Of a stretch of 64,000 nucleotides of DNA, positions 33,588-43,462 are shown in pieces (the stretch's first letter is position 1; each line of letters starts with the position of its first letter). Source of the DNA: Myxococcota bacterium (GTDB lineage Bacteria; Myxococcota_A; SURF-8; G963663525). The notes under the pieces were generated by a model that saw nothing but the letters and a program-made list of their open reading frames with translations, did no database searches and was not told where the DNA came from. The DNA lies in assembly GCA_963676915.2 (NCBI GenBank), contig CAXXVK010000053.1, positions 134,746 through 198,745 of the forward strand, written 5' to 3'. A program made the translations under genes and the position numbers.

Positions 33588-35429
33588 ATGAGTTCTTCTG
33601 CGATATCTGATTTCATCGTTTCCTTGAACCGCGAATACCTGACCCTGCATCACGAAAAAGAAAACCTGTTTTGGTCCACCAAAATGGGAATCTCCAAGGA
33701 ATACGACGAGTTCAACAAGGCCGAAGGCGCGTTGAACGCTTTCAAAAGCAACGTCGAATCCCTCAATGCCTGCCGAGATCACCTCGCCTCCGGTGACGCG
33801 GACGAAAAACAGACCGAAACCTTAAAAGGTTGGATCGCCTTTTTCGAAGCCAACGTGATCGAAGATGCCGAGGCCCGGAAACTTTCCGATAAAATCGTCG
33901 AGATGGAAAGCGCACTGGCACGTTCTCGTGGAAACATGACGCTGGGATACACCGATCCCGAAAGCGGGGAGTTCGTCAATGCCACCTCGGTGGGGTTGTC
34001 GCTGAAACTCGCCACCGCCCCGGATGCCGCCCTGCGTGAAGCCTGTTTCAAGGGAATGGAAAGCATCGAAAGCCACGTGCTGGACGAAGGATTTCTGGAG
34101 ATCGTCAAAGAGCGCAACCGACTGTCTCGAAGCTTGGGCTACGAGGATTACTACGATTACAAAGTTCGAACCACCGAAGGTTTTGGCAAAGAAGAGCTGT
34201 TCGGATACCTGGACGATCTCAAAGCCCGCACCGAAGACGCCCAGACCCGCTATGTCGATTCCGTGCGGGAAGAAAAGGGAGAAGACGCTCTGTTGCCCTG
34301 GAATTTCCGCTACATGACTCAGGGCAGCGTCATCCAGGAAATGGACCCCTACCTGCAATTCACCGACGCACTGCTGCGTTGGGGACAGAGCTTTGCGGCC
34401 CTGAATATCACGTATGAAAACGCGACCTTGCAGCTCGATCTTGTCGATCGCAAGGGCAAATACGAAAACGGATTCTGCCACGCGCCCGTTCCGCCGTTCG
34501 AGGATGCCGAAGGCCGGGTGAGGGCGGAAGTCAACTTCACCAGCAACGCGGTTCCGGGACAGACCGGCAGCGGCAAACGCGCCGCCCAGACGCTGTTCCA
34601 CGAAGGCGGTCACGCGGCGCATTTCGCCAACATGCTGATGGGTGCGCCCTGCTTCTCCCAGGAATTCGCTCCTACCTCCGCCGCATTTGCGGAAACGCAG
34701 TCGATGTTCCTGGATTCTCTGCTCGACGACGCCGACTGGCTCGTCCGTTACGCGAAAAACGCCGACGGCGAACCGATGCCGTGGGAAGTCATCGAAAAAG
34801 CCACGAAACTCGCCCAACCGGCCCAAGCGTATTTCCTGCGGTCGCTGCTGATGATCTGCTACGCCGAAAAAGCGCTGTACGAAATGCCGGAAGAAAAACT
34901 GACGCCCGAGAACGTGATGGCCTGTTTCATCGACATCGAAAAGGAACTCGGCGGCATGGGTCGCTGTTCGCGTCCGACGCTGGCCGTACCGCACCTGCTT
35001 TCGGGTGAGGCAAGCTGTATTTATCACGGATATGTGCTGGCTCTGGCCGGAGTGGCGCAGACCCGCCATTATTTCCTCGAAACCTACGGTCACCTGACCG
35101 ACAATCCCCGAATCGGCCCGGAAATGAGGGAGAAATACTGGCGTCCCGGCAACTCGATCCGTTTCGTCGATTTCATCGAGCGTATGACCGGCAAGCCGTT
35201 TTCCATGGACGCCCTCGTGGGAGATGCGTCGATGAGCATCGAAGAAGCGTTGGCGGAACAGAAAAACAAGGTGGAAAAACAAGCCAACCTGACGCTTTTC
35301 ACCGATTCGGTGAAACTCGAAGCCACCGTGCGCATGGTGCATGGTGAAAAGGTAATAGCTTCTACTGAAAACGGATCATTCGAAGCGATGGCCGAAACCT
35401 ATCGTCAGTGGCTGGAAGAACTGGAATAA
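33588..35429 (+). CDS. M3-family oligopeptidase
   Basis: DRKGKYENGFCH, TLFHEGGHAAH (HExxH), AETQSM. Confidence 0.9.
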   Translation: MSSSAISDFIVSLNREYLTLHHEKENLFWSTKMGISKEYDEFNKAEGALNAFKSNVESLNACRDHLASGDADEKQTETLKGWIAFFEANVIEDAEARKLSDKIVEMESALARSRGNMTLGYTDPESGEFVNATSVGLSLKLATAPDAALREACFKGMESIESHVLDEGFLEIVKERNRLSRSLGYEDYYDYKVRTTEGFGKEELFGYLDDLKARTEDAQTRYVDSVREEKGEDALLPWNFRYMTQGSVIQEMDPYLQFTDALLRWGQSFAALNITYENATLQLDLVDRKGKYENGFCHAPVPPFEDAEGRVRAEVNFTSNAVPGQTGSGKRAAQTLFHEGGHAAHFANMLMGAPCFSQEFAPTSAAFAETQSMFLDSLLDDADWLVRYAKNADGEPMPWEVIEKATKLAQPAQAYFLRSLLMICYAEKALYEMPEEKLTPENVMACFIDIEKELGGMGRCSRPTLAVPHLLSGEASCIYHGYVLALAGVAQTRHYFLETYGHLTDNPRIGPEMREKYWRPGNSIRFVDFIERMTGKPFSMDALVGDASMSIEEALAEQKNKVEKQANLTLFTDSVKLEATVRMVHGEKVIASTENGSFEAMAETYRQWLEELE

Positions 35430-35440
35430 AGTACGGGGTT

Positions 35441-35472
35441 CAGTGGTTCAGGGCTTCTGTCCTGAACCACTG
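35441..35472. terminator. Strong hairpin between convergent genes
   Basis: CAGTGGTTCAGG/CCTGAACCACTG perfect 12-bp inverted repeat. Confidence 0.6.
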
Positions 35473-35712
35473 TTTCACATCGGGTTTTTAACCTGACGAT
35501 CCGAACCTGTGAAAAGCTTATACTAGCCTAGTTCGGGGTACTATTTTACCTGGTTATGACGAAGCGTAAAGCCTTGGTCCCGACAGTCCGATGTACGGGA
35601 TTGTATCCCCGTCCGTATCGTTCTCCTCAAAACAAAACGCGAGGAGCAGGATAAAATCCTGCTCCATCTGACGAGACAAAGCCCGCCTGATCCCGACAAG
35701 TTGTTTTTCTTG

Positions 35713-36894
35713 TCACTCCACGGTACCGGGCAGAGGAGCCCCTTCCTCACCGACGGCTACGCGCCAGATTTTCGAGCCGAACAATTCGGTAATGTAGATC
35801 GAGCAAGGATCGAAACCTTCGCCATTGCCGAACGCCAGGCTGGCGGGCGAAAGAATGTCCGTCGCCATCGTCTGTGGGTCTCCCTCCGAAGGAACGGCAA
35901 CCAGCGAACCGGCCCCGTTGGCGGCGACATACAACGTCCCGGATGCTCCCATGGCCAGTCCGTCGTTCACGCAATTGTCCGCGCAATTGGCAGCGATGGA
36001 CAACTCCCCGATATCACCGGGAGTTCCGCTTTCATCGACCGGCACCACGTACACCCGGCCATTGGACGTGTAGGTGTCTGCAATGTACAGCGTTCCGCCG
36101 TCCGGGGAAAAAACCATGCCGTTGGGGGTCGGCGTTCCGCTCAACCATTCGGTCATTGTGCCGGACTCGTCGAACGAGTAGATCACGTCGCCGGATTCGT
36201 CGCTCATCAGCAGCGTTCCCCAAGGTGTCGTGGCCACGAAGTTGGGATTGGCGCTGGCAGGATGAGAGGTTTTCGAGCCATCCGACGCAATTTGGAACAG
36301 TTCGCCGTCCACGGTATCGCCGATGCGATCTTCACCGAATCCCGTGGCCCAGAGATCCTCGCCCCAAAACGCGCAGCCTACCGCGTCGGGCGTATCGGCG
36401 AACGTTTCATATTGTCCGTTGGCCTCGAAACGCAACACGATATCCCCTGCCGTCACATACAATTTGCCGTCGGGACCGAAAGCGATCCCCTCGCTGCCGG
36501 AAGCGAACCCTTCGGCGAAAATCTCCTTCTGACCGGGAGCGAGATCGTCCCAGCAGGCCGAAACCGCCTCGTCGCTTTCCGCTTCCGTCTGATCCGCAAC
36601 GATTTCCTGATCCGTGTCTCCTCCGGCGGGCGTCGTGTCATCATCGGAACCGCCGCAGGCCGACATCAGTCCGGCAATCAGCAAAAACATGGCGAGCAAG
36701 GATAGCCCGAAGTATTCATGAAAAACCTGCTGCGACGTGAAAACTCTCGATATTTCACTCGTTTCGCGATTTTTACTACTCAACAACCTGTCAAGGTTGC
36801 TTCCGTGTAAAAATTGCTCCAACTTCATGAAATATCTTCGGTTTCCTGCGTCTCGCGACGATTTTTCATGAATAATTCGAGCTAGAGATTTCAT
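35713..36894 (-). CDS. SMP-30/gluconolactonase-family beta-propeller lipoprotein with a 60-codon in-frame MITE in its signal peptide
   Basis: EGIAFGPDG, PNGMVFSPDGGTLYIADT, DGLAM motifs; lipobox MSAC; AAGGGG RBS before ATG 36894. Confidence 0.85.
   Translation of the reverse strand: MKSLARIIHEKSSRDAGNRRYFMKLEQFLHGSNLDRLLSSKNRETSEISRVFTSQQVFHEYFGLSLLAMFLLIAGLMSACGGSDDDTTPAGGDTDQEIVADQTEAESDEAVSACWDDLAPGQKEIFAEGFASGSEGIAFGPDGKLYVTAGDIVLRFEANGQYETFADTPDAVGCAFWGEDLWATGFGEDRIGDTVDGELFQIASDGSKTSHPASANPNFVATTPWGTLLMSDESGDVIYSFDESGTMTEWLSGTPTPNGMVFSPDGGTLYIADTYTSNGRVYVVPVDESGTPGDIGELSIAANCADNCVNDGLAMGASGTLYVAANGAGSLVAVPSEGDPQTMATDILSPASLAFGNGEGFDPCSIYITELFGSKIWRVAVGEEGAPLPGTVE
36703..36884 (-). mobile_element. 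~180-bp TA-flanked MITE-like element, copy B
   Basis: Terminal inverted repeats TAGCCCGAAGTATTCATGAAAAA / TTTTTCATGAATAATTCGAGCTA (21/23); homologous to 10030-10209. Confidence 0.8.
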
Positions 36895-36935
36895 AATGTC
36901 CCCTTGGGTTTCGGTTTGTCGTGAAAAAGCGCGAC

Positions 36936-37994
36936 TTATCGCGATTCGAACTTTTGAAGATCAGTATATTCGTCCGAGGAGGCGTTGTCCATTTTGCCTT
37001 CTTCCTCGCCGTTCTCGGAGATATCCGCCTTCCCCAATTCCATCAGGTTCAAGCCCATTTTCGAAAGGAAAATCAACCCGAGCAGGGTGATCGGAACGAT
37101 CTGCGTGGCGTGCACGGCGACGGAAACGGTGAGTCCCGTGCTTTTCGGAATGCCATACAGGAAAAGAGCCTGTTGGCAGAAGAACTGGAACACGCCGATC
37201 ATCCCCGGACTGGAGGGAATCATGCCGCTGAGGTTTACCGCTACAAGCGCCAGCGCGGCAGCGTGCCAGGGGGCAGCATCGAGATGAAACGCCCGAAGAT
37301 AGAAATAGTAGACCGCGCCTTCCGCCGCCCAGACACAGAAACTGAGCATGAACGATCCGATGAACCGCGACGGATGACGTAAGAGATCGAGGCCGGAGAG
37401 GAATTTCACCAACAGAGAGTCGAAAGTCCGGGCGAGCTTTTTCGGCAACAAGGACAACATCGCTCGCGCCAGCTTCAGCGCCCTATCCCTTTGATAAGCC
37501 AAAGCAAACAGGAAAGCCAGCCCCCCGGAAAACACGATTGCGCCCGTCCAGGCCGTTGCACGCAATACCGGCCAATCCACGCTACCGGCGAACATCAGCA
37601 GCACCAGGACGAAAACGATGGTCGCCCCATCGAAAATGCGTTCCAGCACTACCGAAGCGAAGGCCGAAGTCCGGCTGATGCCTTCACGTTGCCCAGTGAC
37701 GTAGGCTCGGACAAATTCTCCCAACCGTGCGGGAAGCAGGTTGTTGGCGGTGTAACCGATCACGAGATACTGAAACAGGTTTTTCAGCGGTAGGCTACGC
37801 ACCGGCTTGAGCATGATCTGCCAGCGGTAGGTTCGAACGATAAAGCTTACGAGATAGGCCGCCAGGGCCGGAAGCACGAAACGCAGATCGGCGGCGGCGA
37901 TGGCGTCGTGCGCTTCACCGAAATCGAATTGCCGAAATGCCAGCCATAGGAAAACCAGACTGACTCCGGCGGCGAAAATATACTTCCATTTCAT
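36936..37994 (-). CDS. Lysylphosphatidylglycerol-synthase TM / UPF0104 flippase-like protein
   Basis: RTYRW, NNLLPARLGEFVR, VVLERIFD, PSSPGMIG. Confidence 0.88.
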   Translation of the reverse strand: MKWKYIFAAGVSLVFLWLAFRQFDFGEAHDAIAAADLRFVLPALAAYLVSFIVRTYRWQIMLKPVRSLPLKNLFQYLVIGYTANNLLPARLGEFVRAYVTGQREGISRTSAFASVVLERIFDGATIVFVLVLLMFAGSVDWPVLRATAWTGAIVFSGGLAFLFALAYQRDRALKLARAMLSLLPKKLARTFDSLLVKFLSGLDLLRHPSRFIGSFMLSFCVWAAEGAVYYFYLRAFHLDAAPWHAAALALVAVNLSGMIPSSPGMIGVFQFFCQQALFLYGIPKSTGLTVSVAVHATQIVPITLLGLIFLSKMGLNLMELGKADISENGEEEGKMDNASSDEYTDLQKFESR

Positions 37995-38252
37995 ACAATT
38001 ATCCGCTCTTCCGGTTCCCTCTCGTCGGTTGCTTCTACGACGTTCAAGGGACTTAGCCGCTACCTACCACGTTGCTTTCCCACCTGTCAAACCGGAAGAA
38101 CGTTTCTTGCCGGGAGAAAACTGCCCCTCGTCGATATTGTTGGATAAAAAACGATGCTACGAAATTGGCTTCGGATTTCTAGTGTGGTATCGTGACGCGA
38201 TTCAAAGCATTTTATCGCGTTTTTGCAGGTTCACTTCCCAATGGAGGCCGCC

Positions 38253-39140
38253 GTGAGTTCTTTCTGGGTTCAAGACAATTTCGATTACGAACGTCCATGC
38301 ATGATCACTTGTGCTCTTTCCGGCGTTGTGGCCAATCGCAACCAATGCCCGGCCATTCCCTACACGCCCGAAGAATACGCCGCCGAGGCGAAACGCGCTT
38401 ACGAAGCGGGAGCGGCGGTGGTGCACATTCATGCACGAACTCCCGACGGAACGCCCAGTTACGAGATAGAGGATTACCGTAACATCTACGACGCCGTTAC
38501 CGACGCCTGCCCGATCATCATCAACTTTTCCACAGGCGCAGTGGGAATTCCCACTCAAAAGAAACTCGATCCGGTCACGACCATCCGCCCGGACATCGGC
38601 GCATTGAACATGGGTTCGATGAACTATGCGAAATACCACCCCAAGTCGAAAAATTTTGTGTTTGAGTTCGTGTTCCAGAACCCGTTTTCAGAAATCGTAC
38701 AGATTGTCGAAGGCATGAAAAATGCCGGTGTCAAACCTGAAATGGAATGTTTCGATATCGGGCACATCGGCAATTCCTACCCCTTGATCGACATGGGATT
38801 GCTGGAACCTCCCTACCAGTACAGCCTGATTCTCGGGGTAATGGGCGGAATGCCTCCGACAGCGAAAAACCTGCACAACATGGCGGGAATGCTTCCCCCG
38901 AAGTCCGATTGGGAGGTTATCGGCATCAGTCACGATCAATGGCGGCTGGTTGCGGCGGCCATCGGTCTGGGCGGAAACGTCCGAGTGGGATTGGAGGACA
39001 ATTTCTACCTGAGCCGTGGCAACATGGCGTCCTCCAACGGAGATCTGGTGGCCAAGGCGGCCCGGATGATCCGCGACCAGGGCCGAGAGGTCGCTACAGT
39101 AGAAGAATGCCGAAAACGTCTCGGACTGAAGGAGCGGTAG
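38253..39140 (+). CDS. Beta-keto acid cleavage enzyme family (Kce/DUF849)
   Basis: ITCALSG, PYTPEE, AGAAVVHIHAR, GGNVRVGLEDN; GGAGG RBS before GTG. Confidence 0.92.
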   Translation: MSSFWVQDNFDYERPCMITCALSGVVANRNQCPAIPYTPEEYAAEAKRAYEAGAAVVHIHARTPDGTPSYEIEDYRNIYDAVTDACPIIINFSTGAVGIPTQKKLDPVTTIRPDIGALNMGSMNYAKYHPKSKNFVFEFVFQNPFSEIVQIVEGMKNAGVKPEMECFDIGHIGNSYPLIDMGLLEPPYQYSLILGVMGGMPPTAKNLHNMAGMLPPKSDWEVIGISHDQWRLVAAAIGLGGNVRVGLEDNFYLSRGNMASSNGDLVAKAARMIRDQGREVATVEECRKRLGLKER

Positions 39141-39221
39141 CCGGGGATATTTGCACACAATCGAAGCGAAACAAGCAAAGGAAACAATTCATACCGTATT
39201 GTTTCCTTTGTGCCATATACC

Positions 39222-40814
39222 TCAGCGTTGGACCGGTGTGCAATCAGGCAGGCTTGTATCCGTATCGATGTACAGACAACGGGCGGCGCGATCCCGACCA
39301 TAAGTTTCCAGAAGATCGTACATTTCGCGGCCTTCCCAGGTTTCTGGACGACTCGTGACGATTCCGGCGGGAAGATGCTCGTCCGGGTGATGCGCCGGAC
39401 CTTTCTGAATCCCCAGAGTGTAGACTCGATCCCATTCCAGATCCCCGTCGGGAGTAACGAGAGCCCAGTTTTCCGCATCGTAGGCTCCCATGAGTGTCAT
39501 GAGATTTTCCCCCGTGATTTCAAGCTTGTACATTGCATTCCACGAAGGTGTTCCCGCCGGTTGCTTTTCGATCTTGTAGGCATTGTAGATGGTTTGCTGG
39601 GTCAACCCTCCGGCAGCCCATCCGTCGATCCATGCGGTACCGATTTTCACCATGGCGGCGTCGCAATTCAAATGGGTGATGGCGGCTTTCGCGGCGGTTT
39701 CGGCCAATCCGGCTTTCCCGACACGGTTTTCCGCCCAGGCAACGACTTTGTTGGCTTCGGGAGCGTAGCGTTCCATGATTTCATCGATAGCCGCTGCCGT
39801 GGCTTCATCTTCCGGGAGAGCGCCGGGAAGGTTCATCTGGATCGTCAACTCGTGATCGACAATCTTCCGTGTGGTCAGATCCACGGTGAGGTCCAGCCGA
39901 GTGACCCGTACGGCGTTGGATTGGGTACGGATCATCAGAGCATTACCGGGGGTTTCGGTCTCGGTCATCTGGCTGTGGGTATGGCCGCCTAGAATCAGGT
40001 CGATTTCGGGCACGGCCATGGAAAGAATGCCATCCCAGCTATCTCCCAGGTGACTGACCATCACCATCAGGTCCACATCGTCCCGATGAGCCGCTACGAT
40101 AGCCTGGGCTTTTTCGGTGTAAGAAAAATCGGTCTCGAAATGGTCCATGTACGGGCCGCTGTACTGTTCGTTGTTTTCGTTCCACGGCTGACCGACCATG
40201 CCGAAGAATCCGATTTTCAGGCAACCGACTTCCAGCTCGGCGTATTCCAGAGCCTTCCAGTCGAGGGAGCCGGTATAGGTGGTATTGCTGGCCAGTACGA
40301 GGGAACTCGGATCGTTAGCGAAATCCACCAGTTCCTGTTCTCCCCAGGCAAAATCGTGATTGCCGATCACCCGCACGTCAAACGGCAGAGCTTTTGTAAT
40401 TTCGATGGTGCTGTAGCCTTCGGAAAGCGGTTCGGCCACCGAGCCTTTCTCGTGATCGTCACCGCCGTTGGTAAACAACGTGTAAGGGTTTTCTCCCTTA
40501 ACTTCCCGATAATAACCGACAATTCGTGCATAGGCGTTGTCGCCGTCCAGTTCGCCGGGTGTGTAGGATGAATGCAGATCGTTGACGTGCACGAGCGTAA
40601 GCACCTGCTCCGTCATCTCCGGGTCGCAAGCTGGAAAACCGGCGACTTCGATTTCGGTTTCAGAAAGATCCTCGTCACCGTCCTCGATGGATTCGGCAGC
40701 ATCGTTTTCGGTGTCTCCCACCATAGCACCGGAATTGTCATCACTCCCACATCCCATGTTGAGCAACACCCCCCATAGCACGATCCAACCTGCAAGCCAC
40801 GTTCGACGATTCAT
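39222..40814 (-). CDS. 5'-nucleotidase/metallophosphoesterase lipoprotein
   Basis: Lipobox NMGC, HVNDLHS, GGD, GNHDF, SHLG, GGHTH. Confidence 0.9.
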   Translation of the reverse strand: MNRRTWLAGWIVLWGVLLNMGCGSDDNSGAMVGDTENDAAESIEDGDEDLSETEIEVAGFPACDPEMTEQVLTLVHVNDLHSSYTPGELDGDNAYARIVGYYREVKGENPYTLFTNGGDDHEKGSVAEPLSEGYSTIEITKALPFDVRVIGNHDFAWGEQELVDFANDPSSLVLASNTTYTGSLDWKALEYAELEVGCLKIGFFGMVGQPWNENNEQYSGPYMDHFETDFSYTEKAQAIVAAHRDDVDLMVMVSHLGDSWDGILSMAVPEIDLILGGHTHSQMTETETPGNALMIRTQSNAVRVTRLDLTVDLTTRKIVDHELTIQMNLPGALPEDEATAAAIDEIMERYAPEANKVVAWAENRVGKAGLAETAAKAAITHLNCDAAMVKIGTAWIDGWAAGGLTQQTIYNAYKIEKQPAGTPSWNAMYKLEITGENLMTLMGAYDAENWALVTPDGDLEWDRVYTLGIQKGPAHHPDEHLPAGIVTSRPETWEGREMYDLLETYGRDRAARCLYIDTDTSLPDCTPVQR

Positions 40815-41272
40815 GGAATTTCCCCTACGTGTAATATTTTCAAGGTCTATTCTTCGTGAAATTCAAGCCCGTGATTTATTAGGAAGGTTTTTCGTTAGAG
40901 AAGCCAAAAACTTTCCGAAACCGTTCCGGTACGATTCGATGTACGCGGAAATTGTTTGAATTTGATTGGGAATTTGTCAACATTGCGTTCGGTCAGGGCA
41001 AGCCAAACAACTGATGACCGTATTCAAAGAATTCTTTTGTCTGGTTGAATAGGAGCCATCCTATAAATATCCTCTCGTCGCCTTTCGGATGCTTTCGAAC
41101 GACTTCACCACCTGTTCGACTTATCGGAAGAAACGTACTCCATTCTTTACACAGAGATGTTTACGATCCATCCTTTTTTCCACCTTCACGCAACCGCTTC
41201 TTGACTTCGAGCCCGGCTTCGGGTGAAATGGTTTTTCGGCTATCGAAACTTTTTCGCGCAATCGAGTCGAAC

Positions 41273-41767
41273 ATGGGTACCGGCGACGAAATCCGACAAC
41301 TGCATATTTTTCGCGGTTTGCAACCGGAAGAGTTGGAATTGATCGTCCAGGCTTGCGGTGTTTGGGAGGTAGGAAAAGGTCAGTACATTTTCCGCTCGGG
41401 CGACCAGTCGCAAAACCTTTATATCATTCGCGAAGGTGAAGTCGAAGTGCTTACCCCGTTGCGTTTTCTCTGGCGCAATCAAATCGTCAAGTTGGGCGCA
41501 GGAGAGGTTTTCGGGGAACTCGCCTTCGTGGATACTTCACCCCGAAACGCTTCCGTACGTACGACCGAACCTTCCGTGTTGCTCTCGCTGACACGGGCTG
41601 ATTTTAGAAAAATCGGGCGAAAACACCCGCAGATTCAATTGATCGTCTACCGCAACATCGCCAAAACACTCGTCCATCGCCTTCGTCTGGCGGACGAATT
41701 ATTGGGACGAAGTACCCGTTGGAAAAAACGGCGGTTTTTCCCTGACGACGACCCCCCCCCGGTGTGA
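41273..41767 (+). CDS. Cyclic-nucleotide-binding domain protein
   Basis: LYIIREGEVEV, GEVFGELAF..PRNASV; start uncertain. Confidence 0.85.
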   Translation: MGTGDEIRQLHIFRGLQPEELELIVQACGVWEVGKGQYIFRSGDQSQNLYIIREGEVEVLTPLRFLWRNQIVKLGAGEVFGELAFVDTSPRNASVRTTEPSVLLSLTRADFRKIGRKHPQIQLIVYRNIAKTLVHRLRLADELLGRSTRWKKRRFFPDDDPPPV

Positions 41768-41794
41768 TCTCCGCAACTTTCGAAACGAAAACCG

Positions 41795-42460
41795 ATGACT
41801 TCCCCCGCTTTACGACAAACCACTATCGAATCGCTGTTTCAGAGGATTCCCCAGGGACGAACGCCGTCTTCAGATGCCGTCGAACGTCTGACTCTGTACC
41901 TGGAACTTCTCGAAAAATGGTCCGTGAAAATGAACCTCGTCGCCACACGAGACCGAAAACGGGGTCGGATTCTTGAACGGCACTTGTTGGACAGTCTGCA
42001 GGGCTGGGAGGAAATCGAGCGTCGACACGGACCGTTTTCGCCTTCGATGCGGTGGGTGGATGTCGGTTCGGGCGGCGGATTTCCGGGTATGGCGATTGCC
42101 CTGGCCTGGAAAATTCCGTTTGACTTGTACGAAGCCAACGGGAAAAAAGCATCGTTTCTATCGGTGGTTCGCGCCAAAACGGCAGCCGACTGGATCACCA
42201 TCCACAATCGGCGTTGGGAAGAAAACCCCATCGAAGCGATCTACGATGGAGCAACGACGCGGGCGACGTTCTCGTCCTGGTCCACTTTCGAAGCCGGTTG
42301 GGAACGGTTGAAAGCCGGTGCACCGGCTTTTTTGTGGAGATCCGAGCCGTATTTGTCCTCCAAAACCCCGGAATTCCCGGCACCGGAAGAGCAGTTTTCC
42401 TACCAGGGTGACGACGCCGTGGACCGCTGGATCTGGAGATTCCTTTCGGAATCAAAGTAA
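41795..42460 (+). CDS. rsmG: 16S rRNA m7G527 methyltransferase (GidB)-like
   Basis: KWSVKMNLVA, RHLLDSL, DVGSGGGFPG, KKASFL, TRA. Confidence 0.8.
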   Translation: MTSPALRQTTIESLFQRIPQGRTPSSDAVERLTLYLELLEKWSVKMNLVATRDRKRGRILERHLLDSLQGWEEIERRHGPFSPSMRWVDVGSGGGFPGMAIALAWKIPFDLYEANGKKASFLSVVRAKTAADWITIHNRRWEENPIEAIYDGATTRATFSSWSTFEAGWERLKAGAPAFLWRSEPYLSSKTPEFPAPEEQFSYQGDDAVDRWIWRFLSESK

Positions 42461-42470
42461 CAGACGGATA

Positions 42471-43203
42471 TTACGGAGCTTTCAACCCTCCGGGACAACC
42501 TTCGTACTTCTGATCGCCCGTGGCGAGATCGATACGGATGCAGGAATGTGGCGGTGCGTTTCCGGGTTTGGCGACGGCATTATACCGATAGCCCATCGGT
42601 ACCGAACTGAAAATGGTCGCACATTCCGGGAATCGGCTTCCAGTCGAGTGCGTCGAGGTTCTTGGTGTAGGCTCCGTGGGTTCGCTGGTGGCTTTCCTGC
42701 CGAGTTGCCAGGTCGGTCAAAGCAAGCTGGGCGCAGAGTTCCTGTCCCAAAGCCCCGAGTTTATCGCCTTCCGCTTCCATTTCCTTGAACTCGGCCACGG
42801 TATCCTTGAAATGGGAATAGGCGACCCAGCCCGCCGCCATCATCATCAAAAACGCCAGCGTCAACCCACCTCCGGTGATGAGACCGAAGACGTTCCAGAA
42901 CGAGGATGTCCCTCGAATCAGCCGCACGATGGAAAGCGATGCAGCCCACACGGCCAGAAGAAACGAAGCGATCGACACCGCGATGACCCAAGGGCTGAAA
43001 ATCGTTGCGGAATTTCCGAACGGGTCATCTTGAACGCCCCCTTTCAACAGGTCGGCGTCGGGATCGAACACGTTGGAGACGTGGGAATACAACAGAACGA
43101 AAGCCACCAGCAAGAAAGCTACGGAAATCAGGGACAAAACAGCAGGTAATGTGCTTTTCCAAACAGGCACGTCTCGCTCTTCGGTTGGGGTCCGCTCGTC
43201 CAT
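42471..43203 (-). CDS. Membrane protein with pilin-like C-terminal domain (probable frameshift near 42592)
   Basis: Three TM segments, then LTDLATRQESH..HGAYTKNLDALDW; removing one G extends the frame (YRYNAVAKPG..C..C) to TAA at 42471. Confidence 0.55.
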
Positions 43204-43385
43204 GGGGTCGCTCCTCATTCTGGGGTCAAAAATTTTCCAAATGCCACGTTACGATGCCGTAAGGATGGCGTCAAGCGTGCTTTTGACTTGACAGGTGAAT
43301 CGACATGCAATAGGTATCGTTGCTAGTCGGAATCGAGGTGGGGAGTTTACAAGCATGGAACTCTCGAGCCGGAATTCCCAATTGG

Positions 43386-43462
43386 GCGCCAGTAGCTCAG
43401 CCGGATAGAGCACCGGCCTTCTAAGCCGATGGTCGCAGGTTCGAGTCCTGCCTGGCGTGCCA
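43386..43462 (+). tRNA. tRNA-Arg(UCU)
   Basis: 77-nt cloverleaf, acceptor GCGCCAG/CTGGCGT, anticodon loop CTTCTAA, GGTTCGAGTCC T-arm, encoded CCA. Confidence 0.97.

Noticed and set aside
33822-35342. 506-aa antisense ORF (also 10666-11997 and other overlapping ORFs)
   Set aside because: Shadow frames of GC-rich genes whose real products have clear motifs on the other strand
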